A DNA stretch of 64,000 bases from Lytechinus pictus (Eukaryota): the NCBI RefSeq assembly GCF_037042905.1, contig NC_087260.1:21700001-21764000 (forward strand), read 5' to 3'. Positions 1-12,101 of this stretch are shown here, in pieces. The notes beneath the pieces were generated by a model that saw only the letters and a program-made list of their open reading frames with translations, had not been told where the DNA came from and did not search any database. How positions within the stretch are numbered: the first letter of the stretch is position 1; every line of letters starts with the position of its first letter. The translations under genes and the position numbers were made by a program.

Positions 1-87
1 GAAATGGAAATAGGAAATTAAAAAAATTAAAGAAGTAGGCCTCTTGTGCCACACCGGTGCTGAAGGTTGGTATGTTAGAGGTTGTTG

Positions 88-94
88 GTGATTG

Positions 95-158
<64 letters not shown>

Positions 159-167
159 GGTGGTGGT
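88..167. repeat. (GAT)n followed by (GGT)n microsatellite, intronic
   Basis: Direct trinucleotide runs; they explain the poly-D/G/M/V ORFs at 57-330. Confidence 0.95.
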
Positions 168-247
168 AATATTGATATTGTTGATGATGGTGATTATGAC
201 GACAATGTTAAGGACAATGTTGGTCAGCTTTTCTTATTTGATCTTAC

Positions 248-625
248 CATCTCCATGTAATATACAAATTTCTGTGGGTTGTAATATTCCTTCGGTTGGA
301 AAGCCCCGACATAGTACTCGTAGCAATTAAGCCCTGCTACAAACAGTAGCACCAGCACATCACTGACTGCAAGATTCGCAAGGTACATGCTGGGAATCGT
401 CCACATTTCTTTAGTCGCAAGAATGATACCGATTACGAGAACGTTGGCGATGACCCCGAAGATAATGTTGAACAACGTGATGAAGAACATGATGAGGGAA
501 AGGAGAATGGTCAGTTCGCATTCGTCTTCAAGTAAAACGAAGGTGCATGAATGGTTGACTACAGTGTCTGTCGTGTAAGACTCGTTTAACCCGACAGTAG
601 TTGCCATCCTTGAAGTTGCATTCAT
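248..625 (-). CDS. Class A GPCR, kisspeptin-receptor-like, paralogue 1, first coding exon (N-term, TM1, TM2, start of TM3); gene continues left of the window
   Basis: ATG 625-623; motifs GVIANVLVI and YLANLAVSD; phase-0 donor ATG|gtaag at 248/247; acceptor cccacag| at 660/659; 378 coding bp, the same length as and highly similar to the exon at 17324-17701. Confidence 0.88.
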
Positions 626-1285
626 TGAAAATGTACGATGAGCCTACGTTTGTCCAATCCTGTGGGAAGATGAAATATTTAACTCATATCATAAAATAGC
701 GATGTCAGTAATCTTGAAATGATTGATGTTTCAATATCGTTTTAAAATTTAAAAGCTTAGTTGATTTAATTTCAAAACTATTTTGTTACTACGCCTTTAG
801 GTCCTTTTATTGAATTATATTATAGGTCCGATAGAAAAAGAACCAGTACTGAATTTGATATGCTTCATTGAAGTTCTGTACAGTCGTTATAAATATTTGT
901 AAAACATGAGACCACTAACATCCTGGCATATTAAATTGACAAATTCGACACATGAATTTTACCAAAGGTGATACGTAGACCTATGCAATTTTAGCATTCA
1001 TCAAAATAAAGTTTTTACCATCGTGTTAGATGATGTAACATACTTAGAAAAGCATTTGTTTCCTGCTCTTAAAGTGGCAAATGTAGACAGCGACTTTAAC
1101 ACAAAAGGATGTGGGTGCTGCAGTGGCACTGTAATCCGGAACCTTGGGGTTCAAAGTAGGCATTGATTGTACTCATGGTAACGGTGTTTTTTTTTCTCGT
1201 TACAATTATTTCCATTATCTTTAACAAAATTAGACCTGGGTCTCCACGAATATCATGAAATGAAATTAGATTAATAAAAACTCAC

Positions 1286-1810
1286 CTGAAAGTTCAGATC
1301 AGCCTGAATGCGTTTGTCTATACCCCGAAATCTACACAAAATTCTGTTTTAAACCATCAATATATCTCTGGTTCAGCAATGTTCTTCGCAGAATATGGAT
1401 AAACGGCACAGCAACACTATCCCGCTATCTAGAGAGTAACCTGGACATGATGGTTTATAATCGTCATTTTGCGAATCACTCCCAAATCCCAATCGCAGTC
1501 CATTAGCCATTAATATCTAGATCACATAATATTGGACGGGGGAATGAAAAATCTAAACAGACACTGATCTCGTTTTTTATTACAAAAACGTAATTACACT
1601 TCTCACTTGACAGCTTATTATGTGGTCTGATCGGTACCGTTGTATTGTGGTGACATTTCTGTAGATTCTCCTCGACTGAATATTAAGCGGTGGTTGTCAA
1701 ATGGAGCAAATTGTGAGGGGACTTTTTCTTTGACAATCCTAATATTGAAGTCCTATTGACAATTTTGATATGGAGGCCGCGGCTTTTGGTGAAGTAGATT
1801 TCAAATTATG
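1286..1810 (-). promoter_or_regulatory. Putative non-coding first exon and promoter of GPCR paralogue 1
   Basis: Donor TTCAG|gtgag at 1286/1285; TATAAA on minus strand at 1454-1459; blocks align with 27422-28115 upstream of paralogue 2. Confidence 0.6.
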
Positions 1811-2073
1811 CCTTATATGCTCATCGAAATGTATTGATTTTCATACGATCAGTGGCGTAACTACGGGGGGGGCATGGGGGCACGTCCCCCCCCCCCCCCC
1901 CCATCGGCTGACCAAAAAAAAAAAAACGGGGAAAAGGAGAAAAAGAGGGAGAAAGGAAGAGTTATATGTTATGTTATGTTATATTACATAGAAACATTTT
2001 TTTCGAAACTTCATGAAACATAATTTTCTCAGGGCCTATATCTTCACTGATCCTGGTGCTTGCATTGTCTGTT

Positions 2074-2358
2074 TAATGTATTTTAAAGACGACTCGGCGA
2101 TTTAAAATGATTTATAGGTCGGCGAACAAAGCCAGGTCATGAAGGTGTTTGTAATTTGGAATGGCGCGGTTGACGAGGTGATACGTCACAATGGTGCGCC
2201 AGACGGTATTGTTTATGAGCACAATGACAATAATTTATACTGGGCGCAAGGAGCGCCCATATTTTGGCGCGCGCGCCTAGGCGAAGGCGCGAAAAATCCT
2301 TCATTTTAGTCTTGGCTTTCAACGGAGATGAACGTCCAAAATATTCGCTTGTAATTTT
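2074..2358 (+). repeat. Split direct repeat A1
   Basis: Matches 9284-9568 at offset 7210; one mismatch seen (GGTGTTT vs GGTGTAT). Confidence 0.95.
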
Positions 2359-3194
2359 TCTACAAAGTACAACGAGATCTACAAGAATTTTTGTTGAAAC
2401 CATCTTCGATCGGGAATCATCTTAATTTTGCTTAATGCAGCTGTAAATGCTGTCCGAATTACTTGAGGATTCTCTATTTCTTGCCTGGCCTAACGATTAA
2501 CCGTCTGCTTTGAACCGAGTTTTATACGACGGTATACGAGGAGCTACGCCTACGCTACGACTACGTGTTGTCGCTATAACTAGTAGCAGATCGGCTGGGT
2601 CCTAGAACTTTTTGGTTTCCGCAACGATGAGAAATTGACTCGAGCTGCTAGATGGAATTCCGTTCAACGACATACGGTCGACTGGGATTCATCATGATTA
2701 TGAGTATTGAATGTTACGGTAGTCAGAGCCCGAGTCAGAGCCGGGTCCTAGGCCTACTACTACTACTAGCTCCCGAGACCGAGTATGATGTGAAGCCTGT
2801 GGCTGAGCCGAGGCAACGGTCTGGATTAGCAGACGGAACGGGGTCGGTACCAGACAATTTACAAGTTCCAGTCTCTGCAACTGAGTGCAAGACCTAGCCT
2901 ATCCGGTGAGTACGGAAGCAGGAATAGATCTAGGCTAGACTCAGTCTGGATTAGTGTAGTAGTAGGTGCTAGTACTACTAGTAGTAGGCCTACGCCTAAC
3001 TTAAGCCTATTGTTAGTTAGGCTTGTTGAATGATCGAGGCCTGCTACAGTCTTACACATACAGAGTAACAGAGTACAGTGATAGATACTGCTAGTACAAG
3101 TAGTAGGAGTATCGGGGTGATTTGTAACTTGTGGAGTTTTCTTTAGACTAGCGCAGGTAGGCCTGCCTACGGCTAGGCCCTAGTCTGACTCTGA

Positions 3195-3230
<36 letters not shown>

Positions 3231-6200
3231 GTCAGAAGTCGATTAGGCCTAGTTACGCTCTGAGTCTGACACAAATCTCTTTCAATTTCATGGCCCTTCG
3301 ATACCCCCCCCCCCCGGTTTTTTTTCGTTAGCACGCGAAGATCCCATTCCCATGTGCTAGGCAAATTAAATGCCTAGGCCCTAGTTAATGTAGTCAGGCA
3401 AACAGGGGGGGGGGTCTATTTGCCATTTGGCTTGCTAACGCTATTGGGGTCTGTACTGACTGTAGGTCAAATGTCAAGCCATAGATCCTAGACATAACTT
3501 GGACTTGGCCTGGAATTAATTTTAAACTTGGTCCAAGTGTTTTAATTACGATCATGATGGAAAAGGGAGGGGTTAGCTTCAAAATTTAAGCACAGGCCTA
3601 GCCTGGCCTAGACCTGGTCCTACTTGACTACTTGTTTTGGTGTCTGAACCAGGTCCAGGTGTGTCATGATGGAGATTGGAGGTTTTGAGAATGAGTTCAA
3701 CAATTTTAATTTAACGTTGGTTACCGTAGCGTATATTTATAGGCGTAGGCCCTAGTGCATCTGCATGACTAGATCTAGGGCCTAGGCCTATGGTTATACG
3801 GTTGTAATATACAATTTCGAAGCCGGTGGTTTGGATTTGGCCCAGTGAATGCCAACATTGCGGCTCTAAAATTTCGGCTAGTATCGATACTATGTATACG
3901 ATGGAAAATCAAAAGGAAATTGTAGTCTATATTGGCGCTAACACTAACAGCTTATTTTAAAAGGCCTAGTTATGGACTAGGTCTAGGCTAAGATCTATTT
4001 AGGACCATGATTAATTTTAAGCCACCGTTTTTGAAAAATGGTGAGAATAATAAAATAAATAGAGGGTCTACTAGTGATTGGCGAAAAGTTCAAACTTTTC
4101 GGTATTATTGATAAATAATTGAGTGGGAAATGTCACTTTGTTATAAATTTACAAGTAGTCTACTGCAGACACTGCAGCAGTGCATGGTGACACCACAGAG
4201 TGAAACTAGGCTCGGCCTAACGTTAGATCTACTTACATTAGACGCGGTTTTACATGTCTGTTTGGGGATAGACCCTATTATCAGATGGTTAAGTTAGGCC
4301 TATAATTTGACCTCTATGACGTTTTCTGGATTATGGGCCAGCGAGAGCTGTGTTCTTGGTCGCAAAATTATGTGGATAGACCGGTAGCGGTAATAATTAT
4401 AGATTCTACTCAGCTTTCAAATGTTATTGTTGAATCAGTCATTATTTTGGAAAGTAGCAGATGATGCTTATCATTATGATTATGTCATTAGCATTTTGTA
4501 ATAATACACTTTGATAAGCATTATAAATATAAATACCTCCACTTGCACCAAGCAGTTCTGTTTAAACATGTACGCCTTGAAAGGAGGTTGGTTTTGGGAA
4601 TTCACTTTGCATGAATTAAATGCCGATGCTTGGTAGAACTGTGAGCTCGAAGTTTCGAGGAAACATGGTACATGTAAAAGTAAACTTACCATGCACATGA
4701 TAATCGGATGTAATTTCGAATTAGCTTGGAATCCCCAATTTAGTTTAGATTGAAGTCAAGGGGTTCAACGAGCAGTTATTATAATAGTATGGGCCTCCTA
4801 ACAAGGAACCTTGATTTTTTATGATTTTGTATGGTTTATATCTTGTGGAAATGAAACTGAAAGAATGGAAATGCTTAGGCCCTATTGGAATTGAATTAAT
4901 TGTTTTTATATAGCGCTTTATCAACCTCTAACCGCTCAAAGCGCTTCAGAATTGAACCTTACACCTCATGGTTCAAGATATATATCAAATGAAATAGGCC
5001 TATTTGGCTGATCAATGATTTGAACTGAGATAATATCGATAGTATCATTTAAAATAATGATAATATATTATAGATTTGGTATACATGATCAAGGCGGCAA
5101 ATAAAATAATAAATAATGATGATGAGCTTATAATTATGAGCTAATTTCTTGAAGGCATTCAGTAGAAATTGATGTAGTCGATTGACATGGGCCTGTGTTG
5201 CATGGGCCTGTGTTGGAAAGTGTCTGAAATCTTGTACCATACTGTCATTTCCCCTTTGTTGCTTCGGGGGACACAATATACGGATGCCTTAATAATGCAA
5301 TAAGCCATATAGGTATACTGGCCAATCAAACGAAATTTACCGATTGCTCAATCAGAAACCAGGTTCCAAAAAGTATATCTTCTTCTTGGAATTGGACAGC
5401 GTGTGAAATATTCGTGCTGGTGGCCCGTTGATTATGAAAATGTATCTAATGGGCTGGATGCAGTAATTTGGCTTGATTATTTCTGCAGTGGTGTAGAGGT
5501 AAAACCGAATACTGAAATAAGAATAATAAATAATAAAAATGATAAGAGAAGTTATAGTCTAAAATGGAACAGATTATTTGAAGCTTATTGAATCTGGTTT
5601 TGAAATATTGTCGAAGTTGCAACACGCACATATATGCAGATGATATTGCATCGCTGGTTGGGGTTATACTGTAAGGAATTTGAAAATAGCAGTTATAAAT
5701 GAAACATAAGGAGCAGGACTAATGATTACTCTGTGAAGGCGGTTTCAGATGTTTCGGGAAGCTGCTCGTTTCGTATAAAGCTAAAAATTTAAGTACGCGT
5801 ATATTGGAAGCTATGATAAAGAGGGCGAAGGATATACATGTATATATTTTATTTGTTATTTCTGAATAAATGGTACAACTCCATAGGCATTTAGGGGGTT
5901 CAATTGAGCCCCCCCCCCCCCAATACTGGTGAGGATTGTAATCTTCCAAATTGTTTAATATGCTTTTCACTAGTGCTTGTGTGTTTGCAGTAGATGAAGA
6001 AATGTTCATAACCTCTGTTATATACGTCCTTCGGTTTTCGGGCCTACAAGAGTGATAAATCGAAAAGGATAGCAGAGGGACAGACCCGTTTTGGTACTAG
6101 ATATAGAATTTGGTGTTCTGCCCAGGCTTTTTTCTTCTTTTCTTTTGCAGTGCCGGATCTTGGATGAAAGGGATTCAAGTGGGCTACTGCGAGGCAAGGT

Positions 6201-7011
6201 AGGCTGGCAGGAAAGTCTGATGACAATTAGACGGTAGACCTACTATTTCCTGACCAGTTAGCTTAGAGTCCATAGTAAAGGATGTCATTTTGGGGCGTTA
6301 ATACGCTCTTATAATAAATAGAACTGAACTGGGTATTGTTGCCAGCAATGACTCTAATTGGAGCAGTGGTCAACGTCTTCATCTTCATAGAACTAATTTA
6401 CCGACAAGGTGGTTTTGATACGTATTCCAAGGAATAGAGGTTTTTCTTCAGTCAAAAAACTGGTGAACAAACATTTTAGCCTTCAAGCAACAGGGAAAGA
6501 TCATATTTGAAACATCATGATACAGTGGGCTGTCTTGAAGGATAAGTTCATATAATATGAGGATGAATTCGTCATGATTTCAGTTTCAGACTTTTTATGA
6601 GGTCCCCCATATTGTTCACTTGGATGGGATTGGAACTTGAACATGTTGAACATATGAAGAAAGCCCTTTGTACGTATGCTTTTGCCAACAAGAATGGAAC
6701 ATATTGTTCAGGATAAGCATATATGAATGTATCAATGTATAAGCCACTTCAAATTTTATTCATTATCGTTTGAAGGACTACTTGTTCGGATGTTATTTAA
6801 TTTTTGAAATAAATAATTATTTCATGGATGTGGTGAGGATGATAAAACAATAAAAAGGCAGTCATGCTTTACGTTGATATGTGAAAACATTATCGAAATG
6901 ATTCATCCCGGGTAAAGTTCCAGTTTATGTTAACTGGTTCTTAGTTTAACAGCATATTTAATTGAGGAGTGTTGCTCTAACCGAGTAGTCCTGATCGGGA
7001 AGGTTTCATAT

Positions 7012-7843
7012 TCAAATTAGTTTTAGTGCCTTCAATTATCATGATTATACTCCATGTGTTATATGGGGTTATTCTGTGGATGTTACGCAAGCTTTCAGTT
7101 TTTATTTTATCTCATTTCAACAGAACAATTTACAAAATCCATTATAACTCAGGAATGGTATAATTATGTATTTGTTGGAATTAAGTGTGAGGTGACTAAC
7201 TAAATGCTGTGGTTGGATTTTAATTGATCGATTGTCTACAATTGAATTATATTTGTGCATAGGGTTAAATCATGCACTGTTATAAATGGCAAATGGGGCA
7301 ACAAGAAAATGGCAGTACCTCAGTGCGGCATGCATTGCCGGTTTAGCAATGTTGGGATGCTTCTATGTGTTAACTATATGGTCAAACTGATGGCGTTCGG
7401 CCATCAAATTAGTTTTAGTGCCTTCAGTTATCATGGTTATACCCCATTATCCAATGGGTTTTTTTTTGTGGATGTTACTCAAGTTTTCAGTTTCAGATTT
7501 TATTTTATCTCATTTCTAACAGAACAGTATACAAAATCCATTAAAATACAATTATAACTCAGGAATGGTATGATATGTATTTGTTGGAATTAAGTGTGAG
7601 GTGACTACGATAGCTAAATGCTACCTAAATGCTAAATGCTAAATGTTGGATTTTATTGATCGATTGTCCACAATTGAATGATTTGTGTGCATAGGGTTAA
7701 ATCATGCACTGTTATAAATGTATGGTAAATTGGGCAACAAGAAAGAGGCAGTACCTCAGTGCGGCATGCATTGCTAGTTTAGCAATGTTGGGATGCTAGT
7801 ATTTGTTAATTATATTAAGGTCAAACCGATAGCGTTCAGCCAC
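7012..7843. repeat. Diverged ~400-bp tandem duplication inside the SDR element
   Basis: 7012-7403 and 7404-7843 both start TCAAATTAGTTTTAGTGCCTTCA and are collinear with small indels. Confidence 0.9.
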
Positions 7844-8547
7844 CATTGATAACTTATCAAAATTAGTGATGCAATGAATTTCAATTTTGAAGCTTGCAAT
7901 ATGTTTGTATCAAAACCATGATACTTAAAATTGCATATTATCTTGTCTTCCTTCATATGTTTTGTTTAGTTTTGTGCATGGTAATCAGATCTTAATTGTG
8001 AAGGAAGTTCTGACACGGTTTATGTTTAATGTATTTCTATTGGGAGATTGTTTCCAACAATTGAATACATAGAAGTGTTTTCCATGCTCTCATTAAACTT
8101 GAGATGGATATTTGTTCATATACTTGTATTGAATAATTCTATCTGGTTTTTAAATGTCATTTCATGCTGGTTTAAAAGGGGGCTGGTATGTTGGTCAAGG
8201 ATAGAAAGCAGGTATTCTGGAAAAAAAAAAAAAAATAATAATAATATCTAGAGGCAAAGAATGCAAGCCTTCAGGTAATTGTGTCATGAAAGACAGCGAC
8301 GTCAAAGGTTGTACAAAGATGTATATTTTTGATTCATTTAAATTTATTGATGGAGGGCTTGGAGGCCTTCTTGATTATGCATGATAACTGATTTAGCTTG
8401 GCCAGCTAACACAAAACTGGAGTAAATTATGAACGAAGGCTTAAAAATGAATGAAGTGTTTTGGCGGCCGATCATATATATAAAATATATTCTCGTTTGG
8501 CGGTAATTTGTCAAATTATGCCGCCTAAACACTGTTGTCATAAGATA

Positions 8548-9288
8548 TATTGGCATGGAATATGTTCTTTAATCCACAATGGTCACTTTTGCAAGGTGTG
8601 TAAAGCAGTGAATGATATTTTAGCCTCTAGTTATTAGATTTTCCACTTTGATGCCATGTACGTTGATTAATATTTCATATTGAATCGGGTCCTCATTCGG
8701 TACCTAGACGAAGGGGATTTATTTATAACTTTACATAGTACTTTAGGAACGCAATTGTAATTTGAATGTAAGGGTGTCACGCTCGAACTTTCAGTTTAGG
8801 CCTCACCTGATCTCATAGGCGGGGAGGCTGGTATTCTGTATACATTTATATTTTTCGTGAAATTTTGGCCTCACCCAAGTTCTCATGCGGGAAGGCTGGT
8901 ATATATATGTATATTATATGATATAAGTATGCCATCTGTAATCCACCGATTTGCCGATAGCTCATACATGTAGTTAATAGCTGTGCTGGTATTCCTGTCC
9001 GGCTAGCAGAGAACCAGTGGGAAAGCAGCCGTGAAATTTAACGTTGAATTTTCTGGGAGGGGGGCCTTCTAGCCGGGGGTTTAACCCCCCTTCGGGGAGC
9101 TAAACAAAGGCTATCGGTTGGTTCCAGACATACATGAATGTAAGTCTATAATCAGAGGTATTCATATCCATGTTTTATACTTATGTGATTGTGACACCAG
9201 ATTCGGAAAAGTGTTCATCTCTATTGAATAAAGCCACGACATAATCGCATATTATTTTGTTTTGTCATTTTGTTTGCCGAGTATAATG
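8548..9288 (+). repeat. Split direct repeat B1
   Basis: Matches 10024-10764 at offset 1476, near identical; AATAAA at 9227-9232. Confidence 0.95.
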
Positions 9289-9568
9289 TATTTTAAAGAC
9301 GACTCGGCGATTTAAAATGATTTATAGGTCGGCGAACAAAGCCAGGTCATGAAGGTGTATGTAATTTGGAATGGCGCGGTTGACGAGGTGATACGTCACA
9401 ATGGTGCGCCAGACGGTATTGTTTATGAGCACAATGACAATAATTTATACTGGGCGCAAGGAGCGCCCATATTTTGGCGCGCGCGCCTAGGCGAAGGCGC
9501 GAAAAATCCTTCATTTTAGTCTTGGCTTTCAACGGAGATGAACGTCCAAAATATTCGCTTGTAATTTT
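9284..9568 (+). repeat. Split direct repeat A2
   Basis: Copy of 2074-2358; overlaps the end of B1 by TAATG. Confidence 0.95.
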
Positions 9569-10023
9569 CCCACCTCCTCCCCAACAACCATCCATGTCAA
9601 TGTTACGTTTGGGTCAAACAATGTTGGAATGTTTTAACACATGCAATGGGGAAGGTCGAGAATAAAGATACTCTAGGTATCATTCAGAGTTGATTTGTGT
9701 TTTATTGGAGTGTATAGCTCGTTATGAATGGAATAACGGATGTAGAATTGTTATATAATAATTTGGACATTTGAATTATTTTACTTACATGAATTTAATG
9801 TTGATTTATATAACGAAACACGAATTCAAATCCGGGGGCAGTTTGCCTGGTCGCACATCAAAACAATATAAAGATCGTCGTGTATTTAGAAATGTGGGCC
9901 GTAAGGGAATTTTATCCTTCTGATCTATTTTGGTCTGTGGTCAGGTGGGTTTTCGCCCTTACCCGTTTTTGGGACTGGGTGTTCGTTATATTTTGGTAAT
10001 TCACTTGAATAGAGTTCTCATAT

Positions 10024-10764
10024 TATTGGCATGGCATATGTTCTTTAATCCACAATGGTCACTTTTGCAAGGTGTGTAAAGCAGTGAATGATATTTTAGC
10101 CTCTAGTTATTAGATTTTCCACTTTGATGCCATGTACGTTGATTAATATTTCATATTGAATCGGGTCCTCATTCGGTACCTAGACGAAGGGGATTTATTT
10201 ATAACTTTACATAGTACTTTAGGAACGCAATTGTAATTTGAATGTAAGGGTGTCACGCTCGAACTTTCAGTTTAGGCCTCACCTGATCTCATAGGCGGGG
10301 AGGCTGGTATTCTGTATACATTTATATTTTTCGTGAAATTTTGGCCTCACCCAAGTTCTCATGCGGGAAGGCTGGTATATATATGTATATTATATGATAT
10401 AAGTATGCCATCTGTAATCCACCGATTTGCCGATAGCTCATACATGTAGTTAATAGCTGTGCTGGTATTCCTGTCCGGCTAGCAGAGAACCAGTGGGAAA
10501 GCAGCCGTGAAATTTAACGTTGAATTTTCTGGGAGAGGGGCCTTCTAGCCGGGGGTTTAACCCCCCTTCGGGGAGCTAAACAAAGGCTATCGGTTGGTTC
10601 CAGACATACATGAATGTAAGTCTATAATCAGAGGTATTCATATCCATGTTTTATACTTATGTGATTGTGACACCAGATTCGGAAAAGTGTTCATCTCTAT
10701 TGAATAAAGCCACGACATAATCGCATATTATTTTGTTTTGTCATTTTGTTTGCCGAGTATAATG
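10024..10764 (+). repeat. Split direct repeat B2
   Basis: Copy of 8548-9288, ending GCCGAGTATAATG. Confidence 0.95.
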
Positions 10765-12101
10765 AGATATAATCCCGTTGTACTAAAACCTCCCGTTTTC
10801 AAGTCAATATACACCAAACTCGCACTTCGAGTTATTATTGTTTTATGTAGTGACATATGCTTCTTTTTCATGACTACTTGAAGTGATTGCCCCATGTTAA
10901 GATCTTAATATAAAACATTTCCTGTCCGTGATTACGTCTGCATTAGTGGATTGGTGAGATATGTCTGCTCTCCATGAATACGGATCAGTCCTTAAAATGT
11001 CCCCTTTTCTGATCTGAATATCAAAAAATGTTAGCTCGCGCTCGCATCACTTGGTTAGTGAAATACGTATGGTCTTTGAGAATTCCTACAAACAAGCCTT
11101 AAAATGCCCCTCTTCATGTCTGAATTATCTAAATTTTTAGTTCGCGCTCGCAATATTTGATTAGTGATATGCGAATGATATTCATGATTACAATGACTAC
11201 AAGAGCTTCATGTATTTAGATGTAATTCTAACAAAATCAGCAAGCGCTTGGCACTCACATTAGATGACTATGGTGTGAAATGTAGACCCTTAATGGATTC
11301 CTAAAATATAGTCCTTAAAATCTCCCTGTTTGGGGTCAATATATACAAAAATTTAAGCTCGCGCTCCGCGCTCGCATTGTTTAGCGAGATATGTACGTAT
11401 CATGATTACAAAAATTTGATTATAATGTCCCTTTTTAGGTCTGAATATCAAACAATTTTCAGCTCGCGCTTCGCGCTCGTATTATTTGATCAGTGAGATA
11501 CATATCAGTTTAATAGCGTTGTCCTTAAAATGTCTCTATTAGGTCAGTACACCTGGCAACTGAGCGCGCTTCGCGCGCTCACGAAGTGACTCAAAATGTT
11601 TGCTGGTGCCCCCCCCCCCCAATGCCGCGACCCACGGTACGCCACTGCATACGATGTTGATTGTCTCGAGTGGCTTTTCTGCTATTAATCTTTTATAATT
11701 CCATGTGCCGTTCTCAGGGGAGGTTTCAGGGCAAAGAGGGGCTTACAAAAATCTTTGAATTCTCTGAATCAAAAAGGTCTTTAAAAAGGAAATAATAACA
11801 CTCCAGATTTATTTTGATGTTCAGCCGGTCAACAGAACCCCTTTTATTAGACTCATAATTATTATGGAATTCGTCATGGTGCAGAAGTAAACAACACAAG
11901 AAGTTACCTTTTGGCATCTGCAATTATTATAGGTTGAAAAATCTTGATAGGATATGTGCTAGCTCAAGTCAATCTGTTAAGTGTGACGTGCTGTTGTAAG
12001 GGTCCAGACGCTGTAAATGAACCTATTCATGTCTCTGTTTCCTTTCTACCTAGTCATTTCTATATAATATTGCCAATCTATTAAAAAAAGAAACACAACT
12101 A

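Larger units (their letters stand above)
2074..10764 (+). mobile_element. Non-autonomous split-direct-repeat element (A1-internal-B1-A2-spacer-B2), Ngaro/PAT-like tyrosine-recombinase retrotransposon architecture
   Basis: A1 2074-2358 = A2 9284-9568; B1 ~8548-9288 = B2 ~10024-10764; TAATG at both outer junctions and at the B1/A2 junction; removing the element rejoins the host MITE; no RT, RNaseH or YR ORF seen. Confidence 0.85.
1850..11647. mobile_element. Non-autonomous hAT-type DNA transposon (about 1.1 kb MITE) interrupted by an 8.7-kb insertion
   Basis: TIRs CAGTGGCGTA (1850) / TACGCCACTG (ends 11647); exact 8-bp TSD CATACGAT at 1842-1849 and 11648-11655; internal GCTCGCGCTTCGCGCTCG-type subrepeats. 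Confidence 0.9.

Noticed and set aside
57-330. ORFs with poly-Asp/Gly or poly-Met/Val
   Set aside because: Translation of (GAT)n/(GGT)n microsatellite inside a GPCR intron.
2137-2403. Duplicated 82-88 aa minus-strand ORF (also 9347-9595)
   Set aside because: Arises from the A repeat; N-termini differ and there are no protein motifs.
2074-10764. LTR retrotransposon or simple segmental duplication
   Set aside because: The two ends are different sequences (A and B), there are no TG..CA termini or PBS/PPT, and the order A..B-A-B fits split direct repeats.
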